Part shown: piece by piece, positions 62,604-64,000 of the stretch | Layout of the letters: each line of letters starts with the position of its first letter | Position numbering within the stretch: position 1 is the first letter of the stretch | Assembly (NCBI GenBank): GCA_034226945.1 | Contig: CP120464.1 | Location: forward strand, 186,001-250,000 | Length of the DNA stretch: 64,000 nucleotides | Source: Picochlorum sp. SENEW3 | Taxonomy: Eukaryota | Direction of reading: 5' to 3' | Notes under the pieces: model-generated | Told to the model about the DNA's origin: nothing | Seen by the model: the letters and a program-made list of their open reading frames with translations, nothing else | Databases searched by the model: none | Translations under genes and position numbers: made by a program

Positions 62604-64000
62604 TCAGTCTTCCCTCTCGTTCATGTGTTCATACTCTGGGCCATCTCTCTGCGTTGCCACCTGCGGCGCACCATCTTTGGATGATGCTCCTGTCGACAAA
62701 GCAGTAGAAGAAGAAGAAGATGGTGTGCTAGTATAACACACTGGACCTGCTCTCATTGGCGACGTTTCTGGCTTGTTTGGAACATAGTCTGGCTGCTTCT
62801 GAAACGCCAATGATACCATGGCATTTGTATCATTATCTTTCCGGAGATGCTCCGGCACAAACGTCTTTCCAATAATCATATTCTGCTCATTCTGACTCGA
62901 TGTATGCGAGCCATGATTGAGACTAACGTCTCGAATATTCTCCTTGTTAAAGGTGATTCTAAACGAGTGAACATCTTCAGACTCTGTTTGAATGGCACCC
63001 GTCTTCATATCAACCCTCCGAGGGACCAAGCGTTCCTCTACAAAATGTGCTACATTGAATCCACGGTCGGTCAAAATATCAATCAGCATGTCGACAGCCA
63101 AGTGAGACGACAAAAGAAGAGGATGGCGTGATCTGTATTCTGCATGCCCAGCCATACTGCATTGTTTCAAAACGGGCATGATTTCCATATCAATAAGACT
63201 GATAATGTCTGTGAACATCTTATAATGCTTTTTGCAGTACAAGTCTAGTCGGAAGACGAGTCTCTGTCGAGCCACGCGCACCAAGTCTCTGGCCAATGGC
63301 AAATGGCGGATGGCTGCATAGGTCTTTTCATCCAAATCCAAGCTCGACTGGTATCTCAGTTCCCTCACAATCTGGGATCGACAGTCTTGTAATGATCCCA
63401 TGGCATCAATCAAAGAAAACGGAAAGTATGATTTCAGTCTCAAAATGGTATTGTAATGTGCCTTGAAGACTTGGTATCGCCTCCTACACAATGCCTCATT
63501 CACATCAGTAGCCCTCACATTCCATACATCCCCTGTCCCGGCATCTCGCACACGTTCATTGTGTAAAGATGTAAGTTCTGCTCTCTTCATCTGTCTTTTC
63601 ACGCTTTCCTTCTCATCCACATACAATATGACAACCTTGAAGGATGGCCTTGGTGACCTCCACTCATCTGCAGAGTCTGCATTCCGAGCATGCCGATCCA
63701 TCAATTTATCATACAGTAACTTGACAAAGTCTACCTGTGTCGCTGTACGGGGAAATCCATCAATCACCAGACCGGCACCATCATTCACCTCTGGATTCAA
63801 AATAGCATCCAACAATGCATCCAGCACCATGGCATCAGGCACCAGCTCCCCCCTATCAACATATGACTTGATTTCCGGAGAATCAAGTAACTGCGACATA
63901 CCAACACTCCTCGAAAGACCCCTCGACTTCATGATAAACGGCACATTCGTCCCCTTTCCAGACCCTGGCGCCCCATTCAACCACACAATTTCCCTCGGAC
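62604..64000 (-). CDS. Adenylate-kinase-like protein (5' end outside the window)
   Basis: P-loop WLNGAPGSGKGT, GELVPD and GLVIDGFPRT. Confidence 0.88.
   Translation of the reverse strand, partial: PREIVWLNGAPGSGKGTNVPFIMKSRGLSRSVGMSQLLDSPEIKSYVDRGELVPDAMVLDALLDAILNPEVNDGAGLVIDGFPRTATQVDFVKLLYDKLMDRHARNADSADEWRSPRPSFKVVILYVDEKESVKRQMKRAELTSLHNERVRDAGTGDVWNVRATDVNEALCRRRYQVFKAHYNTILRLKSYFPFSLIDAMGSLQDCRSQIVRELRYQSSLDLDEKTYAAIRHLPLARDLVRVARQRLVFRLDLYCKKHYKMFTDIISLIDMEIMPVLKQCSMAGHAEYRSRHPLLLSSHLAVDMLIDILTDRGFNVAHFVEERLVPRRVDMKTGAIQTESEDVHSFRITFNKENIRDVSLNHGSHTSSQNEQNMIIGKTFVPEHLRKDNDTNAMVSLAFQKQPDYVPNKPETSPMRAGPVCYTSTPSSSSSTALSTGASSKDGAPQVATQRDGPEYEHMNERED

Overview
This window is gene-dense eukaryotic DNA. 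Short GT-AG introns, TGTAA poly(A)-type signals and plastid-targeted genes (CP12, PYG7/Ycf37, RETICULATA-like, PPR) point to a compact green alga; a Picochlorum-like trebouxiophyte is my inference, not verified. Most of the window is about 30 housekeeping genes, including two SulP transporters, RlmH, MINDY, MMS19, KCR, an HhH-GPD glycosylase, VTI1, KNL1/Spc7, a SAC phosphatase, SMC3, RLP24, PLMT and ATG5. Two features stand out. (1) A complete 6,039-bp cut-and-paste DNA transposon at 3312-9350 has perfect 43-bp terminal inverted repeats (CATCT...AGATG), a 3-bp TAC target-site duplication and 11-bp subterminal repeats. It carries a five-intron Plavaka-type (CACTA/EnSpm-related) transposase and a divergently transcribed AT-hook gene, and is followed by a decayed SWIM-finger gene and an orphan membrane protein. 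(2) The VTI1 SNARE gene has two tandem, homologous alternative last exons, predicting a membrane-anchored isoform and a TM-less isoform with a different SNARE half-helix. All family assignments come from motifs recognised by eye; no database searches were run.
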